From the NCBI GenBank assembly GCA_963665845.2, contig OY762492.1, positions 1,984,001-2,048,000 on the forward strand: a stretch of DNA of 64,000 nt. The letters run 5' to 3'. Source of the stretch: Candidatus Poribacteria bacterium (lineage in GTDB: Bacteria; Poribacteria; WGA-4E; GCA-2687025). The notes beneath the pieces are model-generated. The model had not been told where the DNA came from, did not search any database, and was given only the letters and a program-made list of their open reading frames with translations. Below, one piece after another: positions 1 to 9,150 of this stretch; position 1 is the stretch's first letter; every line of letters begins with the position of its first letter. The translations under genes and the position numbers were made by a program.

Positions 1-423
1 CTAACGCCTCCGCTGTGGAAACGAAAGCCACCATTCCGCCGCCGTCTCCCACCAACTTTCCGGCAGCCCGTCCGGCGGCGCGAGGCGCACATACAGCCCC
101 GGCGCGATCTCTTCCGAGCCTTCCAGTATCGCCGCGATGGAACGAAAGCGGGTCGCCTCCTCCACCTCCAGCAGTCCGACAGGCTCCAAACGCACGCGCG
201 ACAGCCGCCCCGTCGCGGGGTGCGTCTCCTCCTCGGCGACGCGGAACGCCATGAGGCGCGTTCCCTTCTCCGCCTTTTCGTCGGTACCGAGGTCGATCAG
301 CGCATACCCCTCGGCGATCTCCAGCGTTTTGCCCGTGATGTAGTAGGGGCTTTCCATCGCGCGGCGCGACGCGCATCCCGCCAGCGCTAGACAGATCAAC
401 GCCGCCGTCAGCGAAACGCGCAT
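1..423 (-). CDS. Putative lipoprotein (possible FlgT C-terminal-like domain)
   Basis: Signal peptide with lipobox LAGC (MRVSLTAALICLALAGC); ATG at 423 preferred over the longer ORF start, which overlaps the rubredoxin-like gene. Confidence 0.6.
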   Translation of the reverse strand: MRVSLTAALICLALAGCASRRAMESPYYITGKTLEIAEGYALIDLGTDEKAEKGTRLMAFRVAEEETHPATGRLSRVRLEPVGLLEVEEATRFRSIAAILEGSEEIAPGLYVRLAPPDGLPESWWETAAEWWLSFPQRRR

Positions 424-677
424 TATTCGCGGTTCGCCCCGACCAGCGCAAACCGAATATGCGCCGACAACGCCGAGTTGACGGCGCGCAGATCGGCGCC
501 CTCCGCGTCGGGATACATGACATGCGCCGCGACCGCCTTTTTGACCCACGATTCCAAACGCTGATCATACTGCACAAACTTTTCGGGATCCGCTGTGCAG
601 GCGGGGCATTCTTCAGGCAGATCCTCCGCCGTCTCCACATCCTCAAACAGATAGCCGCACGCCGAGCATACAAACAT
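423..677 (-). CDS. Rubredoxin-like domain protein
   Basis: CSACGY...CPAC metal-binding pair; AAGGAG SD upstream. Confidence 0.75.
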   Translation of the reverse strand: MFVCSACGYLFEDVETAEDLPEECPACTADPEKFVQYDQRLESWVKKAVAAHVMYPDAEGADLRAVNSALSAHIRFALVGANRE

Positions 678-710
678 CGCGTTCTCCTTTTAATAGCCGT
701 TCACGGGCGC

Positions 711-739
711 ATTTTACACGGCGCGGCTTCAACATGCAA
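711..739 (-). promoter_or_regulatory. Putative sigma70 promoter
   Basis: TTGCAT-17 bp-TAAAAT on minus strand upstream of rubredoxin-like gene. Confidence 0.45.
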
Positions 740-848
740 CCCGCCCCCTTTGACCCTGCCAGCTCTGACGGCTCCTGCGGCGCCTAAGATTCCCGTTTTC
801 ACGGGAATGACGAGGAGAGGGCGCGGGAATGACGACCTGGAGGTCGGG

Positions 849-1934
849 CTATACAATCGACAGCATGCGGTTCAGCGCCGTCAACGCCCACTCCGCGATC
901 TCCGGCTCCACCGTGATCTGGTTGACGACCCGCTCCTCCAGCAGATTGTCCAGCGCCCAGGACAGATGCGGCGGATCGATGCGGTTCATCGTCGTGCAGA
1001 GACACATGTTCGGGTCGACCGACACGATTGTTTTGTCGGGATGCTCCTTCGCCAGTCGGTTCACGAGGTGCAGCTCGGTTCCGACCGCCCATTTGGATCC
1101 AGGCTCCGCCTCCTCTATCGTTTTGACGATGTAGGCGGTGGAGCCGTAGAGGTCCGCCTCGCGCAGAACCTCATGGCGCACTTCGGGGTGGACGAGGATA
1201 TGGATGCCGTCAAACATCTCGCGCATGCGCTGAACCTGCTTCGCGGTGAACAGCTGATGGACGGGGCAGTTGCCTTTCCAGAGGACGATGCGGGAGCGTT
1301 CGATCTGCTCTGGCGCGTTGCCGCCGAGGGGCAGGCGCGGGTCCCAGACGATCATTTCGTCTAGGGGGATGCCCATCGCCCATCCGGTGTTGCGTCCGAG
1401 GTGTTCGTCGGGGAAGAAGAGCGCGCGCTCCGCCTTGTCAAACGCCCACTCGAGGACGGCGGCGGCGTTGGAGGAGGTGCAGACGGCTCCGTCGTTCTCG
1501 CCGACGAACGCTTTCAGGTTGGCGGCGGAGTTCATGTAGGTGATCGGGATCGTGCCGCCGGGGGCGATCTCCTCCAGCTCGTCCCAGCACTCTTCGACGG
1601 CGTCGATGTCCGCCATGTCCGCCATGTGGCAGCCGGCTTTCAGGTCGGGCAGCAGCACTTTTTGGTACGGCTGGCTCAGGATGTCGGCGCTTTCCGCCAT
1701 GAAATGAACGCCGCAGAAGACGATGTATTCGGCGTCCGCGCGTTCCGCCGCCAGCTGCGACAGCTTGAAGGAGTCGCCGCGGAAGTCGGCGAATTGGATG
1801 ATTTCATCCCGCTGGTAATGGTGTCCGAGGATGACAAGGCGTTCGCCCAGCTCGTTTTTGGCGGCGCGTATCCGCTCTTCCAGTTCTTCGCCGGTCAGCT
1901 GGTAATATTTTTCGGGTATCGGCAAAAAGTACAT
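849..1934 (-). CDS. nadA: Quinolinate synthase NadA
   Basis: LGHHYQ, FCGVHFMAES, GCHMADM, TYMNS, CTSSNA, CPVH, HPE motifs. Confidence 0.95.
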   Translation of the reverse strand: MYFLPIPEKYYQLTGEELEERIRAAKNELGERLVILGHHYQRDEIIQFADFRGDSFKLSQLAAERADAEYIVFCGVHFMAESADILSQPYQKVLLPDLKAGCHMADMADIDAVEECWDELEEIAPGGTIPITYMNSAANLKAFVGENDGAVCTSSNAAAVLEWAFDKAERALFFPDEHLGRNTGWAMGIPLDEMIVWDPRLPLGGNAPEQIERSRIVLWKGNCPVHQLFTAKQVQRMREMFDGIHILVHPEVRHEVLREADLYGSTAYIVKTIEEAEPGSKWAVGTELHLVNRLAKEHPDKTIVSVDPNMCLCTTMNRIDPPHLSWALDNLLEERVVNQITVEPEIAEWALTALNRMLSIV

Positions 1935-1982
1935 GATCGACCCTTCCTGTAAGTCGAAGTCGCCTTGAGGCTGAATTCCCGC

Positions 1983-2327
1983 TCAATCTGCGCTTTGTTG
2001 CGCGTTGTCTTGCTGTTCGTCGTTGAAGACGACGTAGATGTCTCCGTCCTGCACTTCGACCGGGTATGTTTTGATGTCGATGCCGGGCGGCCAGACTCCC
2101 GCTCCGTCGCACAGCCGAAATTCCCAGCCGTGCCATGGGCAGACCACCGTGCCTTCGTCGGTGATCCAGCCGGTCGCGAGCGAGCCGCCCATATGCGGGC
2201 ATGTGTCGTTGATGGCGACGGGCTGCCCGTCCCGCAGCACGACGGCGATGTAGTCGGCGCCGCGCTGGATGACTCGATTTTGCCCTTCTTTCAGTTCAGA
2301 CAGCGGGCAGACTTTCATGCGTTCCAC
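1983..2327 (-). CDS. Rieske 2Fe-2S ferredoxin (NirD-like)
   Basis: CPH...CPWHGWEF Rieske motif. Confidence 0.88.
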   Translation of the reverse strand: MERMKVCPLSELKEGQNRVIQRGADYIAVVLRDGQPVAINDTCPHMGGSLATGWITDEGTVVCPWHGWEFRLCDGAGVWPPGIDIKTYPVEVQDGDIYVVFNDEQQDNAQQSAD

Positions 2328-2419
2328 AAAACTCTCCGTTAGGTCGGAATTGCATATTTTGACTATGGTAGCGGAAACAGGGCGGCAAGCGCAACTTTTT
2401 TATTTCGCCGTCAACCATT

Positions 2420-2590
2420 CCGTTCCCGCTTCCGCAAGGACATGCATTCCCGCGCAAGCGGGAATCCAGAGTCCCGGCAGAAACCGTCCGCGCCCGGAAA
2501 TCGTCATTCCCGCGCAAGCGGGAATCTTAAGGCGTCGCGCGCGGCCGCCGCGCCCGCGCGGAAACCCCTAGCCCCCTTTTCAAGGGAGAA
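2420..2590. repeat. Intergenic palindromic repeat cluster
   Basis: Two ATTCCCGCGCAAGCGGGAAT palindromes plus CCCCCTAGCCCCCTTTTCAAGGG module. Confidence 0.85.
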
Positions 2591-2603
2591 TCGGACGCGG
2601 AGC

Positions 2604-2632
2604 TTGCAACGCTCCCGCGCATACGTCATGAT
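2604..2632 (+). promoter_or_regulatory. Putative sigma70 promoter of Lon-N paralogue
   Basis: TTGCAA-17 bp-CATGAT; homologous to the lon promoter at 3516-3544. Confidence 0.55.
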
Positions 2633-2685
2633 AAAAATAAGCGCAGAACCGTTCACGCAAATTGCTAACCGAAGGCGGCGAAAAC

Positions 2686-3456
2686 ATGGAAACCGTTCAG
2701 GGCATGCCAGTTCTCGGCTTGATAAAGCATGTCATCCTGCCGCTCGGCGAGATTCCGAAGACGGGTTTGATAGCGGGTCGGGTACGGAGCGTTAAAACGG
2801 TCCAATGGGCGTTGCAAAACAACAACGGCAAAGCGCTGCTTCTGGCGCAAAAAAATGACGCCGTCCGCCCAGGCGGCGACGACTTTTACGATGTCGGCGT
2901 CGCCGCCGAGCTGACCGAGCCGATGGAGGTGAACGAGGAGATTCAGTTCATCCCGATCGCCAAGTCGCGCGCGGTCGTCGCGCGTCTGGACGACAGCGGC
3001 GGCATGCTCACCGCCGAGGCGCGCCTCGTCCAAGACGAGCCGATGCCGTCGTCCGAAAAAGGAGAAGCGGTACAGCTCTCCCTAAAACTGCTTGAAGCGT
3101 TTGAACAGTACTGCGGCAAAACAAGCAAAGAACTTAGCCCCGACGATCAGACCAGCCTCGCCAACGAGACGGAACCGGGGCGCCTCGCCGACCGCATCGC
3201 GTTTTACTGCTACAAGCCCAAGCCGAAAGAGTCGCGCCATCGCTATCTGACCTATCAGCAGCTGCAGCGCGTCCTGGAAACGCTGGATCCGCTCGAACGG
3301 CTCCAGACCGTGTATGATATGACGACAGAGCTGCTGGAGCGCCGCTCTATGGAGGAAAATCTTAGGACTATGCTCGTTCAAGTTTCCATACTTCAGGAGA
3401 CGTTGTCCCAACTTCAGAAGACGCTGCAGGATTCTCTTGAGACCTTAAAGCCTTAA
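2686..3456 (+). CDS. Stand-alone Lon N-terminal substrate-binding domain protein (partial lon duplicate)
   Basis: Collinear with lon residues ~14-237; no AAA+ or protease domain; unique Leu-rich tail of ~30 aa. Confidence 0.85.
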   Translation: METVQGMPVLGLIKHVILPLGEIPKTGLIAGRVRSVKTVQWALQNNNGKALLLAQKNDAVRPGGDDFYDVGVAAELTEPMEVNEEIQFIPIAKSRAVVARLDDSGGMLTAEARLVQDEPMPSSEKGEAVQLSLKLLEAFEQYCGKTSKELSPDDQTSLANETEPGRLADRIAFYCYKPKPKESRHRYLTYQQLQRVLETLDPLERLQTVYDMTTELLERRSMEENLRTMLVQVSILQETLSQLQKTLQDSLETLKP

Positions 3457-3515
3457 ATGAAACCGCCCGCCCGCTCAAACGTCTTTAAATTGAGGGGCGG
3501 ATACGATGGCGGTAC

Positions 3516-3544
3516 TTGCAATGCAGCCGCGCATGCGCCATAAT
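3516..3544 (+). promoter_or_regulatory. Putative sigma70 promoter of lon
   Basis: TTGCAA-17 bp-CATAAT. Confidence 0.6.
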
Positions 3545-3600
3545 AAGAAGTGAGATACACAACCGATCACGCAAATTGCTAACCGAAGGCGGCGAAAAAC

Positions 3601-6126
3601 ATGGCAGCTGATCAAAGCGCCTCGACCCACTACCGATATATGGAAACCGTTCAGGGCATACCGGTTCTCGGCTTGAAGGAGTACGTCGTCCTGCCGCTGG
3701 GCGCGTTTCCCAATTCGGGCTTGAGAGCGGGTCGAAAACGAAGCGTCAACGCTGTCCGATGGGCTTTACAAAACAACAACGGCAAGGCGCTGCTTCTGGC
3801 GCAAAAAAACGCCTCCGCCCATCCCACCCCAGACGACTTTTACGATGTCGGCGTCGTCGCCGAGCTGACCGATCCGATGGAGGTGAACGAGGAGATTCAG
3901 TTCCGACCCATCGCCAAGTCGCGCGCGGTTGTCACGCGCCTGGACGACAGCGGCGACATACTCACCGCCGATGTGCGCGTCGTCCAAGACGCGCCGATAC
4001 CCGCCTCCGAAAAAAGAGAGGTGGAGCAGCTCTCCCAAAAACTGCTCAAAGCGTTCGAATACTACTACCAAAAAACGAACCGAGGACTCAGCTACGACGA
4101 TCAGACCAGCCTCGCCAACGAGACCGAACCGGGGCGCTTCGCCGACCGCATCGCGTTTTACTGCTACAAGCCGAAAGATTCGCGCAACCTCCACCTGACC
4201 TACCAGCAGCTGCAGCGCGTTCTGGACACGCTGGACCCGCGCGAACGGCTCCAGAAAGTGTATGAGATGACGATGGAGCTGCTAGACCTCGCCTCCATCG
4301 AGGAGAAGCTCTCGGCGCAGGTGAAGGAGCAAGTGGAAAAAACGCAGCGCGAATACTACCTCAGCGAAAAACTGAAGGCGATCCAAAAGGAGCTCGGACG
4401 CGACGGCAGCGACACCGAAGAACTGCGCGAACGCGTCGAAAAGGCGAACATGACCGAAGAGGCGGAAGAGAAAGCGCTCAAAGAGATCGACAGGCTTGAC
4501 ATGCTGCCGCCGATGTCGTCCGAGGCGGGCGTCGCGCGCAGTTATGTGGACTGGCTTCTGTCGCTTCCGTGGGACACGAAAAGCGACGCTTCGGTCGATA
4601 TCGGCGTCGCCGCCGATATGCTGGACGAAGACCATTACGGGTTGAAGAAGGTGAAGGAGCGCATCCTCGAGTACCTCGCCGTCATGAAACTGGCGGGCGA
4701 ATCGCGCGGTCCGATTCTCTGCTTCGCCGGTCCGCCCGGCGTCGGCAAGACCTCTCTGGGCAGGTCCATCGCGCGGGCGACAGGGCGCGAGTTTGTGCGC
4801 ATGTCTCTCGGCGGCGTGCGCGACGAGGCGGAAATTCGCGGACACCGCCGAACCTACATCGGCTCCATACCGGGGCGCATCATGCATGGCATCCGCGACG
4901 CGAAGACGAAAAATCCGTTCTTCCTGCTGGATGAGGTGGACAAGATGGGGCGCGACTTTAGAGGCGACCCCGCCGCGGCGCTCCTGGAGGTGCTGGACCC
5001 TGAGCAGAACAACACTTTCCGCGATCATTATCTGGATGTGGCGTTCGACCTGTCCGACGTCATGTTTTTGACGACGGCAAACGTCCTGCCGGCGATACCG
5101 CCGCCGCTGCAAGACCGCATGGAGATCATTGAGCTGCCTGGATATACGGAGTTTGAAAAAGGCAAGATTGCGCGCCATTTTCTGATCCCGAAACAGATCA
5201 AGCAGCACGGGTTGCAGAAAGCGAAGATACGCATCACGGACGGGGCGGTCAGCGCGGTCATTCAGTCCTACACGCGCGAGGCGGGCGTACGCGGGCTTGA
5301 GCGCGAAATGACGAAGATATGCCGAAAGATCGCCCGGCAAATCGTGGACGACTCGCCGAAAAAGAAAACCAAAGCGCGCAAGGACGAAGCGGATAAAGAG
5401 AACGGCAGCGAGAAAAAAGGCGTCTCCGTCACGGCGCGCAACATCGCCCAGTATCTCGGACCGCCCCAATACGCCGCGACAAAAGCGGAGAAGACCGACC
5501 AGATCGGCGTCGCGCAGGGGCTTGTCTATACGCAGGTCGGCGGCGATGTGATCTCCATTGAAACGACCATGGCGTCCGCGGACAAGGCGAAGTTGACCCT
5601 GACCGGACGGCTCGGCGAAGTGATGAGCGAGAGCGCCCAGACCGCCCTCAGCTGCATCCGCTCCAAGACGAAAGAGTACGACCTGGAGCCGTTCGACTTC
5701 AACCGCTTGGACATGCATATCCATGTGCCGGAGGGCGCCGTGCCGAAGGAGGGACCCTCCGCCGGCATCACGCTCGCCGCGGCGATGCTCTCCTCGTTGA
5801 CAGGGCGTCCGGTGCGCAAGGATGTGGCGATGACGGGCGAAATCACCCTGCGCGGCAATGTGCTGCCCATCGGCGGACTGAAAGAAAAACTGCTCGCGGC
5901 GCACCGCGTCGGCATCAAGGAGGCGCTGATACCGAAAGGCAATGTCAAAGACCTGGACGACATACCGGCGGACATCCGCCAGGATATGAAGATTCAACCG
6001 GTTGATCATATCGACCAGGTCATTGAGCGCGCGCTGCTGCCGAAGGCGACTGAAGAAAGCGGCGTGGAGGCGCCGGCGGCATTCCCGGCGGCGCCGCCGA
6101 ACCCGACGCCCCCTCCGCCGAATTGA
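3601..6126 (+). CDS. lon: ATP-dependent protease La (LonA)
   Basis: Walker A GPPGVGKTS, RGHRRTYIG, Walker B LLDEVDK, catalytic PKEGPSAG and GGLKEK. Confidence 0.97.
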   Translation: MAADQSASTHYRYMETVQGIPVLGLKEYVVLPLGAFPNSGLRAGRKRSVNAVRWALQNNNGKALLLAQKNASAHPTPDDFYDVGVVAELTDPMEVNEEIQFRPIAKSRAVVTRLDDSGDILTADVRVVQDAPIPASEKREVEQLSQKLLKAFEYYYQKTNRGLSYDDQTSLANETEPGRFADRIAFYCYKPKDSRNLHLTYQQLQRVLDTLDPRERLQKVYEMTMELLDLASIEEKLSAQVKEQVEKTQREYYLSEKLKAIQKELGRDGSDTEELRERVEKANMTEEAEEKALKEIDRLDMLPPMSSEAGVARSYVDWLLSLPWDTKSDASVDIGVAADMLDEDHYGLKKVKERILEYLAVMKLAGESRGPILCFAGPPGVGKTSLGRSIARATGREFVRMSLGGVRDEAEIRGHRRTYIGSIPGRIMHGIRDAKTKNPFFLLDEVDKMGRDFRGDPAAALLEVLDPEQNNTFRDHYLDVAFDLSDVMFLTTANVLPAIPPPLQDRMEIIELPGYTEFEKGKIARHFLIPKQIKQHGLQKAKIRITDGAVSAVIQSYTREAGVRGLEREMTKICRKIARQIVDDSPKKKTKARKDEADKENGSEKKGVSVTARNIAQYLGPPQYAATKAEKTDQIGVAQGLVYTQVGGDVISIETTMASADKAKLTLTGRLGEVMSESAQTALSCIRSKTKEYDLEPFDFNRLDMHIHVPEGAVPKEGPSAGITLAAAMLSSLTGRPVRKDVAMTGEITLRGNVLPIGGLKEKLLAAHRVGIKEALIPKGNVKDLDDIPADIRQDMKIQPVDHIDQVIERALLPKATEESGVEAPAAFPAAPPNPTPPPPN

Positions 6127-6147
6127 TCGGCGGCGCCGCACTCAATG

Positions 6148-6355
6148 CTGACTCATGCAGAAAGTTGGGACATTTGAACTGATGATCGCTCTATTTATGG
6201 GGAAAAAGCGTCGCCAATCAGACCGTCATTCCCGCGTAAGCGGGAATCTTAGGCGCCGACCAGACCGTCATTCCCGCGTAAGCGGGAATCTTAGGCGCCA
6301 CAGGCGCTGTCCGCGTTCGCAACCAGAATTGTCCCAACTCTAAAGGTAAGTTCAG
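6148..6355. mobile_element. MITE family A copy with internal duplication
   Basis: Ends CTGACTCATGCAGAAAGTTGGGACAT and TGTCCCAACTCTAAAGGTAAGTTCAG; two palindromes in a ~42 bp tandem duplication. Confidence 0.7.
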
Positions 6356-6360
6356 TCTCG

Positions 6361-8088
6361 ATGGACTTGCGCAAGCAGATCATCGCCGCGCTGGGGTTGG
6401 CGGCCGTCCTGGCGGTTCTCGCGGCTGTTTATCTGTTTCTGAACGGAAACGGCGGCGGCAGCGGCGGCGGACAGACGCCGCTCGGCGATGAATACGGAAT
6501 CGCGCCCGCCGACATACAGAAGGCGCAGTTTCGATACGCCGACTCGTCCCTGCCGGATATAACGCTGGAGCGGGTTGACGGCGAATGGCGCCTCGCGGAG
6601 CCGATACAGGTTCCCGCCGTCCAAGAGCGCGCCGAAGCGCTGCTCCGCTTTTTGAAATTGCCCGTCCGCAAGCGCGTTCAGGGCGACATGTCCGAATTCG
6701 GGCTGACGGAACCGACCGTCTCCGTAACGCTTCATACATCGTCCAAAACGCTCGCCTTTCTGTTCGGGCGAAAAAGCGTCAGCTACGGAATGTATGTGAA
6801 AGAAAAAAGCGAGAGCGGCGCCTTCATCATGGAGGCGTATCTCATCGACGAGCTGCTCGTGTCGCCGTCCGATCTGCGCGACCGCAGGATCGTTCCGCTG
6901 CCGTCCGACAAGGCGGCGCGCGTTCAGATTGAGCGCGGCGGCAAGCCTGTCGTCTCCATAGAGCGGGTTGATCCAGACGCGGACTGGCGGCTTGTTTCGC
7001 CGGTCAAGGCGGCGGCTGATCAAGCGGCGGTTCAGCGTTTTCTGGACGCGCTGTTGAGCCTCAACGCCGAGCAGTTTCTTCCGCCGATGGAGACGACCCC
7101 GTCCGAGTGGAGCGCGGCGGTCGAGACGTTTGACGGCGCGCGGCGCGTTCTTTATATGGAGCGAAGCGGCGTCGAAGGGCGGCTGCTGGCGGCGGACGAG
7201 AACGGGTATGCGTATGCGGCGTCCGACTCGTTTCTGGCGCATCTGCCGACAGAGCCGTTTGCGTGGCGGGAGAAGCGCATCGCCGACTTTCAGCGCACCG
7301 AGACAACGCGCGTCGATGTGGAGAACCGATACGGCGCGTTTGCGCTGGAGCGTCCGTCAACGGCAAGCAGCGAATGGCGCCTCGTTGAACCTGCGGAGCG
7401 TCCGGCGGACGGCGGTCTGATGAGCGATCTGCTGTTTCATCTCGATTCGGCGCAGGCGCTGCGCATCTTGAGCGAAGACGGAAAGGACGCGGCGGCATAC
7501 GGGTTCAACCGCCCGCGCGTACGTATACGTTTTAATGGCGGCAGCGGCGCGGAGATTGAAATTGGCGCGGAGGCGGAGGGCGGCGCGGCGGTGCGCTCCT
7601 CCATGTCGCCTCTGATTGGCGCGTATCGGATGGAAGACCTGCGCGGATGGATGGAAGGTCCGGCGGCGTTCCGAAGCAAGCGGCTGTTTGATCACAAAAC
7701 AAGCGAGGCAAAGCGCATTGAGATCGACAACGGACGCGAATCGTTCGTCTTGGCGCGGGGGGGCTTTGTGCAGTGGCGCATCGAAAAGCCGTACCCTGAA
7801 GCGGCGAACACCGAAGCGGTAGAACAGATGAACATCGGGCTGCGCGACCTGCGCGCCGCGCGGTTTTATTCCGAACCGCCGCCCGTTTCAAAAACAGGCT
7901 TAGACCGCCCGCGTCTGACCGCCGCCTTGACGCTTGAGGATGGGCGTCGAATCCAGCTGCTTTTTGGGAAGGATGGGACCGACGGCGTCTACGCGCAAAT
8001 GGAGGGGGACGCGGACGTTTTTGCCGCGCCGACGGAAGCGTTTGAGCTGCTGAACGCGAGCCTGGACGAGCTGCGCGCGAAGCGGTGA
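6361..8088 (+). CDS. DUF4340-like repeated-domain membrane-anchored protein
   Basis: N-terminal TM helix; recurring WRLxxP...AD...L modules, FGL and (L/W/F)RxKR motifs. Confidence 0.75.
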   Translation: MDLRKQIIAALGLAAVLAVLAAVYLFLNGNGGGSGGGQTPLGDEYGIAPADIQKAQFRYADSSLPDITLERVDGEWRLAEPIQVPAVQERAEALLRFLKLPVRKRVQGDMSEFGLTEPTVSVTLHTSSKTLAFLFGRKSVSYGMYVKEKSESGAFIMEAYLIDELLVSPSDLRDRRIVPLPSDKAARVQIERGGKPVVSIERVDPDADWRLVSPVKAAADQAAVQRFLDALLSLNAEQFLPPMETTPSEWSAAVETFDGARRVLYMERSGVEGRLLAADENGYAYAASDSFLAHLPTEPFAWREKRIADFQRTETTRVDVENRYGAFALERPSTASSEWRLVEPAERPADGGLMSDLLFHLDSAQALRILSEDGKDAAAYGFNRPRVRIRFNGGSGAEIEIGAEAEGGAAVRSSMSPLIGAYRMEDLRGWMEGPAAFRSKRLFDHKTSEAKRIEIDNGRESFVLARGGFVQWRIEKPYPEAANTEAVEQMNIGLRDLRAARFYSEPPPVSKTGLDRPRLTAALTLEDGRRIQLLFGKDGTDGVYAQMEGDADVFAAPTEAFELLNASLDELRAKR

Positions 8089-8885
8089 AGCCGAACGGAA
8101 TCGTCGCGCTGTTGACCGATTTTGGAGTCGCCGATCCGTTTGTCGGCGTTATGAAGGGCGTTGTTTTGAGCGTTGCGCCTGGGGCGTCCGTTGTGGACAT
8201 CGCGCATGGCGTCCCGCCTCAAAATCTGGAGGCGGGGTCTCTTTTCTTGGCGTATTCTGCGCCGTATTTTCCGATCGGGACGATCATCGCCGCGGTCGTG
8301 GATCCAGGCGTCGGGACAAGTCGGCGCGCTGTCGCCGTGGAGACGGACCGCGGCTGGCGCGTCGCCCCTGACAACGGGCTGCTGACGCGGCTGCTGCGTA
8401 CGGAGAGGCTGCGCGCCGCCGTGGAGCTGACGAACGCGGCAATGCTGCTGCCGAAGGTGAGCGGGACGTTTCACGGGCGGGACATCTTCGCGCCGGCGGC
8501 GGCTCAACTGGCGGCGGGCGTTCCGCTTGAACAGATGGGCGAGCCTGTCGACGATCTGATTCAGCTGTCGATGGAGCCGCCGAAGAGGCGCGGGCGGGTC
8601 GTCTATGCGCGCGTTCTGTTTGCGGATCGGTTCGGCAATTTGACGACGAATCTATCGGCGGAGGAGGCGCCGGGCGGCGTTGAACAAGCGTCGCTGGGCG
8701 AGATAAATTTTGGGGCGCCGCGCCGTTCATACGGATATGCGGAGCAGGGCGCGCCCGTATGCGTCTGGAACAGCTTCGGGCTGCTGGAGCTGGCGCTGAA
8801 CGGAGGCGATCTAGCGGCGCATATCGGCTGGCGCAGGGAGGAGCGGCTGACAGCGGCGGCGGTCTTGGCAGCGCCGTCTCCCTAG
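8085..8885 (+). CDS. SAM hydroxide adenosyltransferase (DUF62 family)
   Basis: LLTDFG, VVDPGVG, APDNGLL, TFHGRDIFAP, DRFGNL motifs. Confidence 0.9.
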   Translation: MKPNGIVALLTDFGVADPFVGVMKGVVLSVAPGASVVDIAHGVPPQNLEAGSLFLAYSAPYFPIGTIIAAVVDPGVGTSRRAVAVETDRGWRVAPDNGLLTRLLRTERLRAAVELTNAAMLLPKVSGTFHGRDIFAPAAAQLAAGVPLEQMGEPVDDLIQLSMEPPKRRGRVVYARVLFADRFGNLTTNLSAEEAPGGVEQASLGEINFGAPRRSYGYAEQGAPVCVWNSFGLLELALNGGDLAAHIGWRREERLTAAAVLAAPSP

Positions 8886-8917
8886 ACACTTCCCAACCAG
8901 ACCATTCCCCGCTTCCG

Positions 8918-9080
8918 TAAAACCCCCCAGCCCCCCTTTTCAAGGGGGGAGTCCAGAAACCGCGCCCCAACCGCTGTTATTGGGCTATTCGTCATTCCCG
9001 CGCAAGCGGGAATCCAGAGGCGCCGTAGAAGAGGTTCGCGTTCGCATGCCGAGATGTCCCAACTTAAGACGTGAGGTCAG
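8918..9080. mobile_element. Chimeric MITE (family B interior joined to family A end)
   Basis: Left part matches 39875-39960 in reverse complement; after the palindrome it continues as the family A end ATGTCCCAACTTAAGACGTGAGGTCAG. Confidence 0.65.
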
Positions 9081-9089
9081 GCGGCGCCT

Positions 9090-9118
9090 TTGACGTAACG
9101 CCCGTCTTGCGCTATGAT
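9090..9118 (+). promoter_or_regulatory. Putative sigma70 promoter of tyrS
   Basis: TTGACG-17 bp-TATGAT, followed by AAGGAG SD. Confidence 0.7.
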
Positions 9119-9150
9119 TCCATCGGCATCCGATCAGTTAAGGAGCGAAG

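Noticed and set aside
4282-6141. Long antisense ORFs (also 32134-33630, 55650-56999, 15893-16972)
   Set aside because: Shadow frames of high-GC genes, Arg-rich and without recognisable motifs
6141-6363. TSD around the 6148-6355 and 43090-43279 MITE copies
   Set aside because: Flanks match only imperfectly or out of register, so they are not counted as evidence
8085-8885. Fluorinase or chlorinase
   Set aside because: Retains the Asp/Arg/His residues (VVDPGVGTSRR, TFHGRD) typical of DUF62 SAM hydroxide adenosyltransferases; no halometabolite cluster nearby
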